Positions 50,022 through 63,254 of a DNA stretch of 64,000 bases are shown here, piece after piece. Positions within the stretch are counted from its first letter, which is position 1; every line of letters begins with the position of its first letter. The notes beneath the pieces are model-generated. The model was not told the DNA's origin and searched no databases. It saw nothing but the letters and a program-made list of their open reading frames with translations. Source of the DNA: Squalus acanthias (taxonomy: Eukaryota); assembly GCA_030390025.1 (NCBI GenBank), contig CM059432.1, positions 11,532,001-11,596,000 of the forward strand, written 5' to 3'. The position numbers and the translations under genes were made by a program.

Positions 50022-50601
50022 TATAATTGGATGCTATTTCACTGCCGAATTTTCCCTTTTTGGTGAGGGACATTTTGCCGACTGCTTTCACGTTAGTGAA
50101 TGCCAGCGGTTTCTCCCGCTTGTGCACTGACATCTCCGAAACAATGGCATGCAAAATGTATACCAAAAGCTGAGGGCCAGTGACGGATTAGTTGAACATA
50201 TTTTTCTTTTTGAGATAAACACAACGCAATTCCTTGAGGCGTTCTGGCAGGGGGGCAGCATGTTATCAGGCCTCAGCTGTTCGGTTGCGGAGATTTTAAT
50301 GCCTCTCTGGGCAGAGGTTGGGCTTCATTATCTGATGCTCGATCTAGATTTATTGGCATTGATTTGAAGATTTCTACTAATGTCTCTTCTTTCCACTCAA
50401 ATCCTAATTTTGGGGATTTCTTTTCATTTCCTGGGGTTCAGCGACGCATTTAGCAAAGATATGAAAATAAGAACAAGAAAATACTCTCAGGCCCATGAAT
50501 GCCAACCCTGCTCACGAGGTGGTGGTACCTCGTGACCTGCCTTCTCCAACCACTCCTAATGTTAACTCTTGCTGGAGGGGAAATAAAAGCCCAGTGAACT
50601 A

Positions 50602-50990
50602 TCTTGTTGTTTCCTATGACGGGAAAAGCTTATTATGGGATGTCTAGTTTGGCTGTCCATTCGATGGCCTCCTGAGATGCCGAGTGGAGAAATGAGGTGC
50701 CTCCCGCGACAGATCTCAGTGGGCCGGTTGATGCGATGTGTTCCATGGTCTGGGACTCGTGGCCACAGTCGCACTTCGGCGTCGTCCCTCATCTTCCACT
50801 TGTGGATCTGGTGGGCGCATCGTCTGTGCCCTGTGTGGATTGGGTTGAGCGCTGTCCACACTGTCTCCGAGGGAGGTCGAAGCCAGGGACCTCTGCTGCT
50901 GGGTCAGTGATAAGGTGTTGGTTCTTTACGTTGCATGCGTCCCACGATTCAGTCCATCTGCATGAATATTGGCTGCTGTTTCCCAGAATG
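50602..50990 (-). mobile_element. Vingi LINE 3' part, longer copy
   Basis: ITDPAAEVPGFDLPRRQ / WTALNPIHTGHRRCAHQIHKW plus the CDCGH knuckle. Near-identical to 41332-41524 where they overlap. Confidence 0.78.
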
Positions 50991-51545
50991 GCCGGCGCGA
51001 TTTTAAGCGCTTCCGTGGTGGGCTTTTCCAACTCTGCGTGAATGGGAAGGCCGATGCTGCTCGTGATTTTTTATGACTATCTTATTTCCTGCGTATTTGC
51101 GCCGAGAGACATGCGTGATCGGGACGTAAAAGATCGAGGAAACTCGGACGCAAGTGCGTTACGCACGTAATCATGCTAAGCCCGCATTTCCACGCTCTCT
51201 TACGCTCGTCTTATCGATCCCTGCGCTCGAGAGCACCTCGGCCCATTAGAATGGCTCCGCTCCCAGGCCCTTCACCCGAATTTCCTGCAATTGCACTGTT
51301 TGAAAACGGGTGTAAAATTAAGCCCAGAATTTTAGGTGCTGCAGGAAGCGAAGTCGCTTCGCTGGTGTTTTATTGCGAAGTTAGATAAAAGTTATCCTCA
51401 CCGAAACCTGCGCTGTCTTTTCTGTTTCTTTGAACGCATGTTTACGGCATCATTATAAGTTCCATTAAAAAGCATGCGTGCTTGCATGTTCTCAAACACG
51501 CTGTGCCCGATGTGCGTGAATCATTGTTCGACGGTTTAAAACTTT

Positions 51546-52315
51546 GGCCCGTATTTTCCGATCGGAGGCTTCCTGCGTGCGGAGGCCTCCGATCTGGAAA
51601 AAATCTACGCCCTTACCCGAGGGCTCCGGAGGTCCGGACATTTCCGATCCTGGGCTTCTGCTCTATGAAATACGCAGAGGCCCAGGTATCCCGGGGGCGC
51701 AGGCGGTTCGCAAACGTCCCTGGGATCACGTGGGCCATGGGGAACCAATGGGAGAAGGGAATCCCCCTTCATACTTTTGACAGGTCTCTCAGCTTAGACC
51801 CGTCAAAAGTATGAATGGAGATCACTGAAAAAACACATCAAAACATTAAATACATTAAAAAAAACAATCCCGTTTTTGAAATTAGTTAAAATTACATTAA
51901 ATTAAATATTTTTAACAAATTAAATTTTTTGAAAAAAATATTAAAGTTGTTTACAGGGCTAAAAATAAACTTACCTTTTTTAAAAGTATTTTTAAATTAT
52001 AAATGAGTGGGGGGAAAAATATTCTTTTTTTACTTTTTTAAACTCTTATGCTGGTAAAAGCAGGCCTGTGTGCTTTTATCAGGCGTAAGATTTTTAAAGG
52101 TTTTCAGCGGGCGGAGGTTGTGCAGAAAGCGGAACACTCCACCCGCGGAGGCCCTTCTCCCGGGCAGGCGGAGGATCTGTCAAGAGAATTTTTGACAGAT
52201 CGGAAGTGCCGGTTTTCAGTGGAAGCGCTTCGCATGTCTGAAACCGGCACTTGCGAGGCCCCTAAGGGTGTGCACACAGCTCGTACACACCCGTAGGCGT
52301 CGGAAAATACGGGTC
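51546..52315. mobile_element. Harbinger-like MITE, copy 2 (inverted relative to 28541-29279), inside a larger CpG-rich MITE-like region (~50990-52800)
   Basis: TIR ggcccgtattttcc / ggaaaatacgggtc and 3-bp TSD ttt / ttt. Confidence 0.85.
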
Positions 52316-53342
52316 TTTAATTATCATACTTACAGCAGGAATATACGGGGCGCGTTTGGTGCTTTCCTCGGGCCCCGATAGTTTACCATGATTTGCGCCC
52401 ATTTTTTTTTTTAACGTTCTGGCATACGTTAATCAGATTGGCAGGAAATTTGGGTGTAAATAGACATCGGCAAACTGGCCGCACGAACACGCGTAATTTA
52501 GGGTGTAACTTCCCGATTACGTCCCCCCGCCCCCGCCACAGGAAATTTCATCCCCTTGTGTCTAATTTCAGGAAAAACCTTCGGGAAACCTCTTTCCAAC
52601 TCCACAGGCGAGAGTTTCCTCGGCCTTCGCCCAGGCTCGCTGGATCACGTGGGCCCAGTGGATAAGGAGAATAGTGCGGCCAGAGTGCATGCCTGTAAAA
52701 GGAAGCCACTCGATTTTCCGACTGCTTAATTTAAATGGGGCGTAAATTGGGTGGGCTCCTTTGCAGGTGTGCACTCCGACTGCCTAAATCTCCGATATTT
52801 GCTGCACCTCAACAATCCAGTGCAGCGTGACGCAGATCCAGAAAAGTCTCCCCTCATAAGTCAACTCAGCAAGCTCCAGGAGACCATAGTTGCCCGTGAT
52901 CACTAGGCAAACCTAATTTACTGATACGTCCCCAGTGTTCTCCTCACTCGGGAACCTGTCCAATCCCTTCTTAAAGGTATGTAGTTTATTCGTCTCATCC
53001 AGCAAGAACCATTTGGCAGAAAATAAATACTTCCTGGTACCTGACCTGGCTCTTTGCCAACATACCTTAACCAGCCACCACCTTAAGCATTCACTCCCTC
53101 CACCACCGGCGCACCGTGGCTACAGTGTGTACCATCTGCAAGATGCACTGCAGCAACTCGCCAAGGCTTCTTCGACAACACCTCCTAAACCCACGACCTC
53201 TACCACCTAGAAGGACAAGGGCAGCAGGCGCATGGGAACACCACCACCTCCAAGTTCCCCTCCAAGTCACACACCATCCTGACTTGGAAATATATCGCCG
53301 TTCCTTCATCGTCGCTGGGTCAAAATCCTGGAACTCCCTACC

Positions 53343-55497
53343 TACTTCCTCTAGGGCATAAAAACCCAAAAGGAAAAGTGATCCAACCATGGCTAACAAA
53401 AGAAATTAAAGCTAGTATTAAGTCAAAGGAGGAAGCTTATAAAGTTGCCAGAAAAAGCGGTCAGCCTGAGGATTGGGATCTTCTTAGAAATCAGCAAAGG
53501 GGGACCAAGAAATTGATAAAGAAAGAGAAAATGGAATATGAGCACAAACTAGCAAAAAATATAAAAACGGATTGTAAAAGCTTCTATAGGTATGTGAAAA
53601 GGAAAAGACTGGCGAAGGTAAATGTAGGTCCTTTACAGTCAGAGACGGGAGAATTTATAATGTGGAATGAGGAAATGGCAGAGAAATTAAATAAATACTT
53701 TGTTTCTGTCATCACGGAGGAAGACACAAAAAACCTCCCAGAAATACGAGAAAACCAAGGGTGTGGTGAGAATGAGGACAATGCTCGGCACAACATCGAG
53801 GGCCGAAGGGCCTGTACTGTGCTGTACTGTTCTATGTTCTATGTTAACTTAAAAGAAATTACTATTAGTATAAAAACAGTACTAGCAAAATTAATGGGAC
53901 TAAAAGTCGATAAATCCCAAGGACCAGATGACCTACATCCTAGGGTTTTGAAAGAGGTGGCCATTGAGATAGTGGACGCATTGGTTGTCATCTTCCAAAA
54001 TTCTATAGATTCTGGAATGGTTCCTGCAGATTGGAGGATAGCAAATGTAACCCCGCTATTTAAGAAAGGCGGGAGAGAGAAAACGGGAAACTACAGACCT
54101 GTTAACCTCACATCAGTAGTTGGGAAAATGCTGGAATCTATTATAAAGGATGCAATAACTGGGCACTTAGAAACTAATAGTAAGATTGGGCAGAGTCAAC
54201 ATGGATTTATGAAAGGGAAATCCTGTTTAACAAAGCTATTGGAGTTCTTTGAGGATGTAACTAGTGGAGTAGACAAAGGGGAACCTGGTAGATGTGGTGT
54301 ATCTGGCTTTTCAGAAGGCCTTCGATAAGGTCCCACACAAGAGGTTGGTGAACAAAGTTAGGGCACATGGAATTGGGGGTAATATACCAGCATGGATTGA
54401 GAATTGGTTAACAGACAGAAAACAAAGAGTAGGGATAAACGGGTCTTTTTCAGGATGGCAGGCTGTGACTAGTGGGGTACTGCAAGGATCGGTGCTTGGG
54501 CCCCAGCTATTCACAATCTATATCAATGATTTGGATGAGGGGACTAAATGTAACATTTCCAAATTTGCTGATGATACAAAGCTAGGTGGCAGTATCAGTT
54601 GTGAAGAGGATGTGAAGAGGCTTCAAGGGGATCTCGACAGGCTCAGTGAGTGGGTGAGAAATGGCAGATGGAATATAATGTGGATAAATGTGAAGTTATC
54701 CACTTTGGTAGAAAAAACAGAAAGGCAAAGTATTTCTTAAATGGTGAAAGATTGGGGAATGCAGATGCTCAAAGGGACCTGGGTGTCCTTGTACATGAGT
54801 CACTGAAAGTGAATGTGCAGGTGCAGCAAGCCATTAGGAAGGCAAATGGTATGCTGGCCTTCATTACAAGAGGATTTGAGTACAGGAGTAAAGAAGTCTT
54901 ACTCCAATTATATAGGGTCTTGGTGAGACCACACCTGGAGTACTGTGTACAATTTTGGTCTCCTTAGCTAAGGAAGGATATACTTGCCATAGAGGGAGTG
55001 CAACGAAGGTTCACGAGATTGATTCCTGGGATGGCGGGACTGTCGTATGAGAAGAGATTGAGTAAACTAGGCCTGTATTCTCTTGAATTCAGAAGAATGA
55101 GAGGGATCTCATTGAAGCATACAAAATTATTACAGGGCTTGATAGGGTGGATGCTGGGAGAGTGTTTCCCTTGGCTGGGGAGTCTAGAACCAGGGGCCAC
55201 AGCCTCAGGATAAAGGGTAGGCCATTCAGGACTGAGATGAGAAGAAATTTCTTCACACAGAGAGTGGTGAATCTTTGGAATTCTCTACCCCAGAGGGCGG
55301 TGGAGGCTCAGTTATTGGGTATATTCAAAACAGAAGTCGATAGATTTCTGACTAGTAAGGGCATCAAGTGATATGGCGATAGGGCTGGTGAATGGAGTTG
55401 AGGCAGAAGATCAGCCATGATCTCATTGAATGGCGGAGCAGACTCGAAGGGCCGAATGGCCGACTCCTGCTCCTATTTCTTATGTTATTTATGTTCT
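53343..55497 (+). mobile_element. CR1 LINE, ~2.1 kb 5'-truncated and frameshifted, with a small CR1-tail insert at ~53780-53845
   Basis: ORFs 53378-54328, 54294-54740, 54650-54967 and 55147-55371. Nested in another LINE 3' end (53085-53342 / 55497-55645). Confidence 0.92.
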
Positions 55498-56009
55498 AAC
55501 AGCGCTGTGGGAGTACCTTCACCACACGGACTGCAGCGGTTCAAGAAGGCGGCTCATCACCATCTTCTCAAGGGAAATTGGGGATGGGCAATAAATGCTG
55601 GCCTTGCCAGCGACGCCCACATCCCAGGAACGAATAAAAAAAATACCGGCCCTGCCTTGATTTGCGCTATCATTTCGCATTGTAGATATTTTTTGCAAAT
55701 CTTAACACATCCAAACCTTTCATAACTTTAAAAACCTCCAATCCGATCCCGTCTGAACCTATGAATGGAAACTTCCTCGGAGATGCTCTTGTTCCGGCAT
55801 TGTAATTTTGCTGGAAGTGCTGGCATGCCCAGTTTCTGGCGCTTTTCCGGTGAAGTTACGGCGGTGGAGCGGGAACGGCTCCTGAAGAAATTCCTGGCCT
55901 ATGCTTCCGCAAAAAGTGAGCAACAGCTCCCCATTTTAAATAGTGGCCAAAGTCTTCACACCTTTCATTCTGAGTTGATGCATATTGAAAATTAGTGCCC
56001 AGCAGGGTG

Positions 56010-56468
56010 TCAAAAAGAAAGACTTGAATTTATATAGCGCCTTTCACGACCACTGGACATCCCACAGCGCTTTGCAGCCAATGAAGCATTTTTTGAAGTG
56101 CAGTCACTGTTGTAATGTAGGAAACGCAGCAGCCAACTTGCGCACAGCAAGCTCCCACAAACAGCAATGTGATAATGACCAGATAATCTGTTTTTAGTGA
56201 TGTTGGTTGGGGGATAAATATTGGCCAGAACACCGATGATAACTCCCCTGCTCTTCTTCGAAATAGTGCCGTGGGATCTTTTACGCCCACCTGAGAGAGC
56301 AGACGGAGCCTCGGTGTAACGTCTCATCCGAAAGACGGCACCTCCGACAGTGCAGCACTCCCTCAGCACTGCACTGGGAGTGTCAGCCTGGATTTTTGTG
56401 CTCAAGTCTCCAGAGTGGGACTTGAACCCACAACCTTTTGACTCAGAGCCACGGCTAACACTGCTGTC
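56010..56468 (-). mobile_element. SacSINE1-like DeuSINE
   Basis: B box, Deu domain and tail on the minus strand. Confidence 0.88.
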
Positions 56469-56599
56469 AGTGGGATTCCTTGTCACATGCAGTATTTAGA
56501 TCGCTAATTTTTTTTTCTAGAGTGTGAGAGGCACATTTATTTGTATTACTAAAATAATAATAATGGGAAAGAAGGTCACTTTGTTTTGAATGCATGGGA

Positions 56600-57410
56600 T
56601 ATGAGAGGTTTTTGATGGATTAGATAGGGAGAAACTGTTTCCACTGGCAGGGGAGTGGGTCGGCAACTAAAGGACACAGATTTAAGATAATTGGCAAAAA
56701 ATCCAGGGCGGTGGTGGGGGGGGGGGGGGGGGGTGGTGGGGGGGTGGGGGGGGGAGGATATTGGGAGAATTTATTTATTTTACACAGCAAGTTGTCGTGA
56801 TCTGGACCGCATTGCCTGGAAGGTTGGTGGAAGCAGAATCAATTTCAAAAGAGAATTGGATAAATACTTGAAAAGGAGAAACTTGGACTAATTGGAGAGC
56901 TCTTTCAAAGAGCCGGCACAGTCACAATGGGCCGAATGGCCTCCTTCTGTGCTGTATGGTTCGATGATATTAATAGGAGAGCGCTTCCCTGCTGCTTGGA
57001 AACTCTTGACATTTCAGGCCAGCCAGGAGGAAGTTGGGCAAGGTCTTCAAATTAACATAGAAACATAGAAGAGCAGGAGTAGGAGTCGGCCATTCGGCCC
57101 TTCGAGCCTGCTCCGCCATTCAATACGATCATGGCTGATCATAGGACAGAAATGAGGAGGAATTTCTTCACCCAGAGAGTGGTGAACCTGTGGAATTCTC
57201 TACCACGGAAGGCAGTTGAGGCCAATTCATTAAATATATTCAAGAAGGAGTTGGATATATTTCTTAAGGCTAAAGGGATCAAGGGATATGGGGAGAAAGC
57301 AGGGACAGGGTACTGAATTTGGATGATCAGCCATGATCGCATTGAATGGCGGAGCAGGCTCGAGGGGCCGAATGGCCTACTCCTGCTCCTATCTTCTATG
57401 TTTCTATGTG
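56600..57410. mobile_element. CR1 3' fragments (plus 56600-56970; minus tail 57055-57141 fused to plus 57142-57410)
   Basis: CR1 3' UTR hairpins and the FFTQRVV motif. Confidence 0.8.
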
Positions 57411-58024
57411 TCTAGAACATGGATCAGACACTCGGCACAGGCCAGCAGGTGTGACAGCCTCCACCAGGCTGAGTCAAACCAGCTCAACTGGCAGCCGCAC
57501 ATTCCTGAGTGTAGACCAACCTACGCGAGTGAAACCCTGTTCAACCGAAATGCTCCCAAATGAAATTTCCGAGTAATCGAATGAGGAGAATGCACCCCGC
57601 CCTTTTATATAAATAGCTCAAGTCATCTAATGCTGTGTTGTCTGTCACGGAACTTGAAAAGTCAGCTTTTTGTTTTGCCTCGAGAACTGAAGACATATCT
57701 GTGGTTCGCCAGAAATAGGTTTCCGATCTGATAACAAAGGTGCAGAGCTCAATTCACTTTCATTGAAATCCGAGCCCCCATGAATCTATACCAGGAAACG
57801 TGTGTGGGATGTCAAACTGTAGCTCTTTAATGAACTATTGATAGGCACCTCCAGTAGGCTGATTGCGTAGATCCTTTATTAGCCTCTGCAGGTACCCAGC
57901 AGCAGGTACTTAATCAGATCTGAAAACCACCGTGAAACTAGATATATTCTTGACGTATATTTTTGCTAGGTTCATAATTTGCAGCAGTCTCGTGAAACTT
58001 TTATTTATCACAAATATAACTATA

Positions 58025-59085
58025 GTGTCAGCCAGTGGCTCAGTGGGTAGCACCCTCGCCTCTGAGTCAGAAGGTTGTGGGTTCATAGCCCCACTCCAGA
58101 GACTTGAGCACAAAAGTCTAGGCTGACACTCCCAGTGCAGTACTGAGGCAGTGCTGCACTGTCGGAGGTGCCGTCTTTCAGATGAGACTTTAAACTGAGG
58201 CCCCTGTCTGCTCTCTCAGGTGAATGTAAAAGATCCCATGGCATTATGGGGATTAAAGCAGGATTTGGATGATCAGCCATGATCGTATTGAATGGTGGAG
58301 CAGGCTCGACGGGCCGAATGGCCTACTCCTGCTCCTAGATTCTATGTTTCTATGTTTCTATATTATTTCGAAGAAGAGCAGGGGAGTTATCTCCGGTGTC
58401 CTGGCCAATATTTATCTCTCAATCAACATCACTAAAACTGATTATCTGAGATTAGATTGGCAGCTAACATAAAATGGAATCCAAAAGCCTTCTGTAGGCA
58501 TATAAATAATAAACGGGTAGGAAGAGAAGGGATGGGGCCGATTAGGGACCAAAATGGAGACCTGCATATGGAGGCAGAGGGCATGGCTGAGGTACTAAAT
58601 GAGTACTTTGCATCTGTCTTTACCAAGAAAGAAGATGCTGCCAAAATCATAGTGAAAGAGGAGGTAGTTGAGATACTGGATGGGATAAAAATTGATAAAG
58701 AGGAGGTACAAGAAAAGCTAGCTGTACTTAAAGTAGGTAAGTCACCAGGACCAGATGGGATGCATCCTAGGATGCTGAGGTAAGTAAAAATGGAAATTGC
58801 GGAGGTACTGGCCATAATCTTCCAATCCCCCTTAGATACAGGGGTAGTGCCAGAGGACTGGAGAATTGCAAATGTTACACCCTTGTTCAAAAAAGGGTGT
58901 AGGGATAAACCCAGCAACTACACGCCAGTCCGTTTAACCTCGGTAGTGGGGAAGCTTTTAGAATCGATAATGCGGGACAAAATTAACAGTGACTTGGACA
59001 AGTGTGGATTAATTAAGGAAAGCCAGCACGGATTTGTTAAAGGCAAATCGTGTTTAACCAGCCTGATTGAGTTTTTTGTTGTGGT
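58025..59085 (+). mobile_element. DeuSINE (58025-58450, split by a CR1 tail at ~58250-58360) followed by a CR1 internal fragment (58450-59085)
   Basis: SINE boxes; ORFs 58457-58783 and 58790-59113 (KSPGPDGMHP, QHGFVKGKSCLT). Confidence 0.83.
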
Positions 59086-59206
59086 AACTGAGCTGTTAAT
59101 TCTATGTAACTAGTCAGCTTCTCTGCTCACTGATAATTCAATTTCAATCTGAGACTAAGAACCTGAACTTCCAGACCTCCAGAAATACTTCACAGCCTTT
59201 GAATTG

Positions 59207-59319
59207 TTTTAAAAAAAAATAAAAACAGAAAATGCTGGAAACGCTCAGCGGGTCAGGCAGCATCCGTGGAGAGAGAAACAGAGTTAACGCTTCAGGTCGA
59301 AGACCCTTCGTCAGAACTT
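59207..59319 (-). mobile_element. Penelope-like family B fragment with hammerhead motif (59282-59318, GAAA mutated to GAAG)
   Basis: TSD-like tttgaattg on both sides. Minus strand AGTT-CTGACGA-A-GGGTC-TTC-GACCT-GAAG-CG-T-T-AACT. Confidence 0.75.
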
Positions 59320-59978
59320 TTTGAATTGCAGTTTCTTTTTTTTTTGTAGGCAAATGTGACGAGTCAATTTGTGCACTACAGGGTTTCACCAACAGCGAAT
59401 TAGATAAATGATCAACTAACCTATTTTGGTGGTGTTGGTTGAGGGAGGGCTGTTAGGCAGGACACCAGGAGAACTCACCTGCTCTTCCTTGAATACAGTA
59501 GTGGGATAATTCTATATTCACCTGAGTGGCAAATGAGAGTCAGCACGGATTTGTTAAAGGCAAATTGTGTTTGACTAACTTGATTGAGTTCTTTGATGAA
59601 GTAACGGAGAGGGTTGATGAGGGAAGTGCAGTTGATGTGTATATGGACTTTCAAAAATCATTTCAGAAAGCACCACATAATAGACTTGTTAGCAAAATTG
59701 AAGCCCATGGGATTAAAGGGACAGTGGCAGCGCTGATACGAGATTGGCTAAGGGACAGAAAGCAGAGAGTCGCGGTGGACCGGTTGTTTTTCAGAAGGAG
59801 GGAAGTATACAGTGGTATTCCCCACAGGGTCGGTATTAGGACCACTGGTTCTTTTTGATATATATCAATGACCTGGACTTGGGTATACAGGGCATAATTT
59901 CTAAGTTTGCAGTTGACACGAAAACTCGGAAATGTAGTAAACAATGAGGAGGATAGTAACAGACTTTAGGAGGACTAT

Positions 59979-60825
59979 GGGGCGTGATCTTGCCAGCCCT
60001 GGGGAGGCGGGATTTGGAGGCGGGACTGTCGGGAAAATGGCAGAATCTGGGAGCGGGTACCCATCTCGCCCCCAACCCGTCTCCGTGCCATCTCCCAGGA
60101 GGCGGGTAGCCGACCTGCGCCGGGTCCCGTCTCCTGGAGGCGGGAAGGGGATTACAGCCACTTAACTGCCTATTAACAGGTAGTTAACAGGCAGTTAAGA
60201 GGATTATCCCCATTTTTCCAACAGAGGCATGGGCATCCCGACGTCGGGAAACCCCGCCAGGGTCACCGAGGCGAGCAGTGGGTCTGCGGGGGTCGGAGGG
60301 GTGCAAAAGTGCGCTGTGGAGCTAAGTGATGGGTGCAAGTGTGGAGAGGTAAGTATGTGAGGTGAGTGGAAAGCGATAGAAAATATTTACTTACCTTTGT
60401 TTCTTCCTGCAGGCTTCAACAGTTGGGGATGCGGAGAGTCTCGCATCTCACCGGCAGAGATGACAGAATGGCTGCTGCATTCTCCGATGCAACATTCATC
60501 TAATTTCTGCTCACAAAAGAGGTTTGATGAGTCTTGAGTACAAGGACTCATCAAACAACAGAGAATGTCAGTGTTTGACAGCTTCACAGAGCTGTCAAAC
60601 GATGACAATTCATCTGTCAAAAATTTTTGATAGATGAAACGTCATACGCTGACGTTCTCTGCAGTCGGCTTCCCCTTAATTGGCCTGCTCAGCCCGCTGG
60701 GCGGGCTTAACAAGGTCAATCAAGGGAAAATAGCGTGGGTTGGCCACAAGTCGATGGAGGCGGGGCTAAAACCCGACAAGCAGCAGTCCCGCCTCCAACG
60801 CACCCCCATTGACAAAATCGCCCCC
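59979..60825. mobile_element. Harbinger-like MITE (~850 bp) inserted in CR1
   Basis: Imperfect TIR ggggcgtgatcttg / caaaatcgccccc. The CR1 sequence (aggaggac...atagatagactggtg) resumes after it. Confidence 0.68.
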
Positions 60826-61211
60826 ATAGATAGACTGGTGAAATGGGCGGACACGTGGTGGATGAAATTTAACGCAGAGAAGTGCGAAGTGATACATTTT
60901 GGTAGGAAGAATGAGGAGAGTCAATATAAACTAAATGGTACAATTTTAAAGGGGGTGCAGGAACAGAGAGACCTGGGGGTGTATTAACACAAATATTTGA
61001 AGGTGGCAGGACAAGTTGAGAAGGCTGTTTAAAAAAAAAACATATGGGATCCTTGGCTTTATTTAATAGAGGAATAGAGTACAAAAGCAAGGAAGTTATG
61101 CTAAACCTTTATAAAACACTGGTTAGGCCTCTGCTGGAGTATTGTGTTCAACTCTGGGCATCACACTTTAGGAAGGATGTCAAGGCCGCGGAGAGGGTGC
61201 AGAAAATATTT

Positions 61212-63018
61212 TCTCTCTTCTCTTAGGCAGTCCCTCGGAACCGAGGATGACTTGCTTCCACATTAAAAATGAGTTCTCAGGTGACTGATGAGTACAATGC
61301 GGGACCTACAGTCTCTGTCACAGGTGGGGCAGACGGTGGTTGAAGGGGCGGGTGGGTGGGGTGCTTGGGTTGACGTGCGCTCCTTGTGCTGCTTGTGCTT
61401 GGTTTCCGCTTGCTCCCGGCGAAGAGACTCGAGGTGTTCGGCGCCTTCCCGGATGCTTCTCCTCCACTTTGTGCGGTCTTGGGCCAGGGATTCCCAGGTG
61501 TCGGTGGGGATGTTGCACTTTTTCAAGGAGGCTTTGAGGGTGTCCTTGAAGCGTTTCCTCTGCCCACCTGGGGCTCTCTTGCCGTGTCGGAGCTCCGAGT
61601 AGAGCGCTTGTTTTGGGAGTCTCGTATCGGGCATGCGGACGATGTGACCCGTCCATCGGAGCTGATCGAGCGTGGTCAAAGCTTCGATGCTGGGGATGTT
61701 GGCCTGAGCGAGAACACTGACGTTGGTGTGCCTATCCTGCCAATGGATTTGCAGGATCTTGTGGAGGCAGCTTTGGTGGTATCTCTCCAGTGCTTTGAGG
61801 TGCCTGCTGTACATGGTCCATGTCTCTGAGGCATACAGCAGGGCGGGTATCACTGCTGCTCTGTAGACCATGAGCTTAGTGCCGGGTTTGAGGTCCTGGT
61901 CTTCAAACACTCTCTTCCTCAGGCGACCGAAGGGTGCACTGGCACACTGAAGGCGGTGTTGGACTTCGTCATCGACGTCTGCCCTTGTTGACAGTAGGCT
62001 CCTGAGGTATGGAAAGTGGTCCACGTTGTCCAAGGCCTTGTCGTGGATTTTGATAATCGGGGGGTAGTACTGTGTGGCGGGGGCAGGTTGGTAGAGGACC
62101 TTTGTCTTAGGGATGTTTAGTGTAAGGCCCATGCTCTCATATGCTTCGGTGAAGGTGTTGACGATGGTTTGGAGTTCGACCTCCGAGTGAGTGCAGACTG
62201 CAAGCGTCGTCTGCATACTGTAATTCGACGACAGAGGATGGGACGACCTTGGATCTGGACTGGAGGCGACGGAGGTTGAACAATTTCCCGTTTGTTGTGT
62301 AAATTAGCTCCACTCCAGCGGGGAGCTTACCAAGGGTGAGATGGAGCATTGCAGCAAGGAAGATCGAGAAGAGCGTTGGTGCGATGACACAGCCTTGCTT
62401 GACCCCGGTCCGTACGTGAATTGGGTCTGTGGTGGAACCGTTGGTCAGGATCACAGCTTGCATGTCGTCGTGAAGCAGGCGGAGGATGGTGACAAACTTT
62501 TGAGGGCAGCCAAATTTGAGGAGGACACTCCATAATCCCTCACAGGTTGACAGTGTTGAAGGCTTTTGTGAGATCAAAGAAGGCCATGTACAGTGGTTGG
62601 TGCTGTTCCCTGCATTTCTCTTGTAATTGACGCGCGGTGAAGATCATGTCCATTGTGCCCCTTAGTGGGCGGAATCCGCATTGCGACTCTGGGAGGAGCT
62701 CTTCGGCCACTGGGAGAAGGCGATTGAGGAGGATTCTTACGATGACTTTCCCTGTGGCAGACAGCAGGGAAACTCCTTTGTAATTACCAGTCAGACTTGT
62801 CACCTTTCTTGAAGATGGTCACAATTACGGCGTCTCTGAGATCCCCTGGCATGCTCTCCTCCTTCCAGATAAGAGAAATGAGTTCATGAATTCGCACCAG
62901 TAGTGCCTCTCCGCCATGTTTTAGTGCCTCGGCAGGGATTCCATCTGCTCCTGAGGCCTTGTTGTTGTTCAGTTGTCGGATGGTCTTTTCAACCTCATGC
63001 CGGGCTGGGGTTGTGCTG
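61212..63018 (-). mobile_element. RTE-clade (BovB-like) LINE, 5'-truncated and frameshifted
   Basis: ORFs 62540-62803 (NYKGVSLLS, ESQCGFR, DLTKAF), 62137-62577 (GVKQGCVIAPTLF, LQYADD) and 61263-62216 (FPYL, LYASETW, CPTCDRDC). Confidence 0.93.
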
Positions 63019-63254
63019 GTTATTTACTAGAATGGGGATGGGGGACTTCAGCTATGTGGAGAAGCTGGGGTTGTTCTCCTTAGAGCAGAGAAGGTTAAGA
63101 AGAGATTTGATAGAGGTTTTCAAAATCATGAATGGTTTTGATAGAGTAAATAAGGAAAAACTGTTTCCAGTGGCAAAAGGGTTGGTAACCAGAGGACACA
63201 GATTTAAGGTGATTGGCAAAAGAATCAGAGGCGACATGAGGTTCTGGACTCTCC

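Noticed and set aside
53378..55371. Active autonomous CR1
   Set aside because: It is 5'-truncated, lacks the endonuclease and ORF1, and has frameshifts, stops and an internal insertion.
56711..56755. Functional G-quadruplexes at long G/C runs (also ~13306, ~18462, ~32637)
   Set aside because: They are homopolymer expansions inside TE copies, their lengths are error-prone, and there is no evidence of function.
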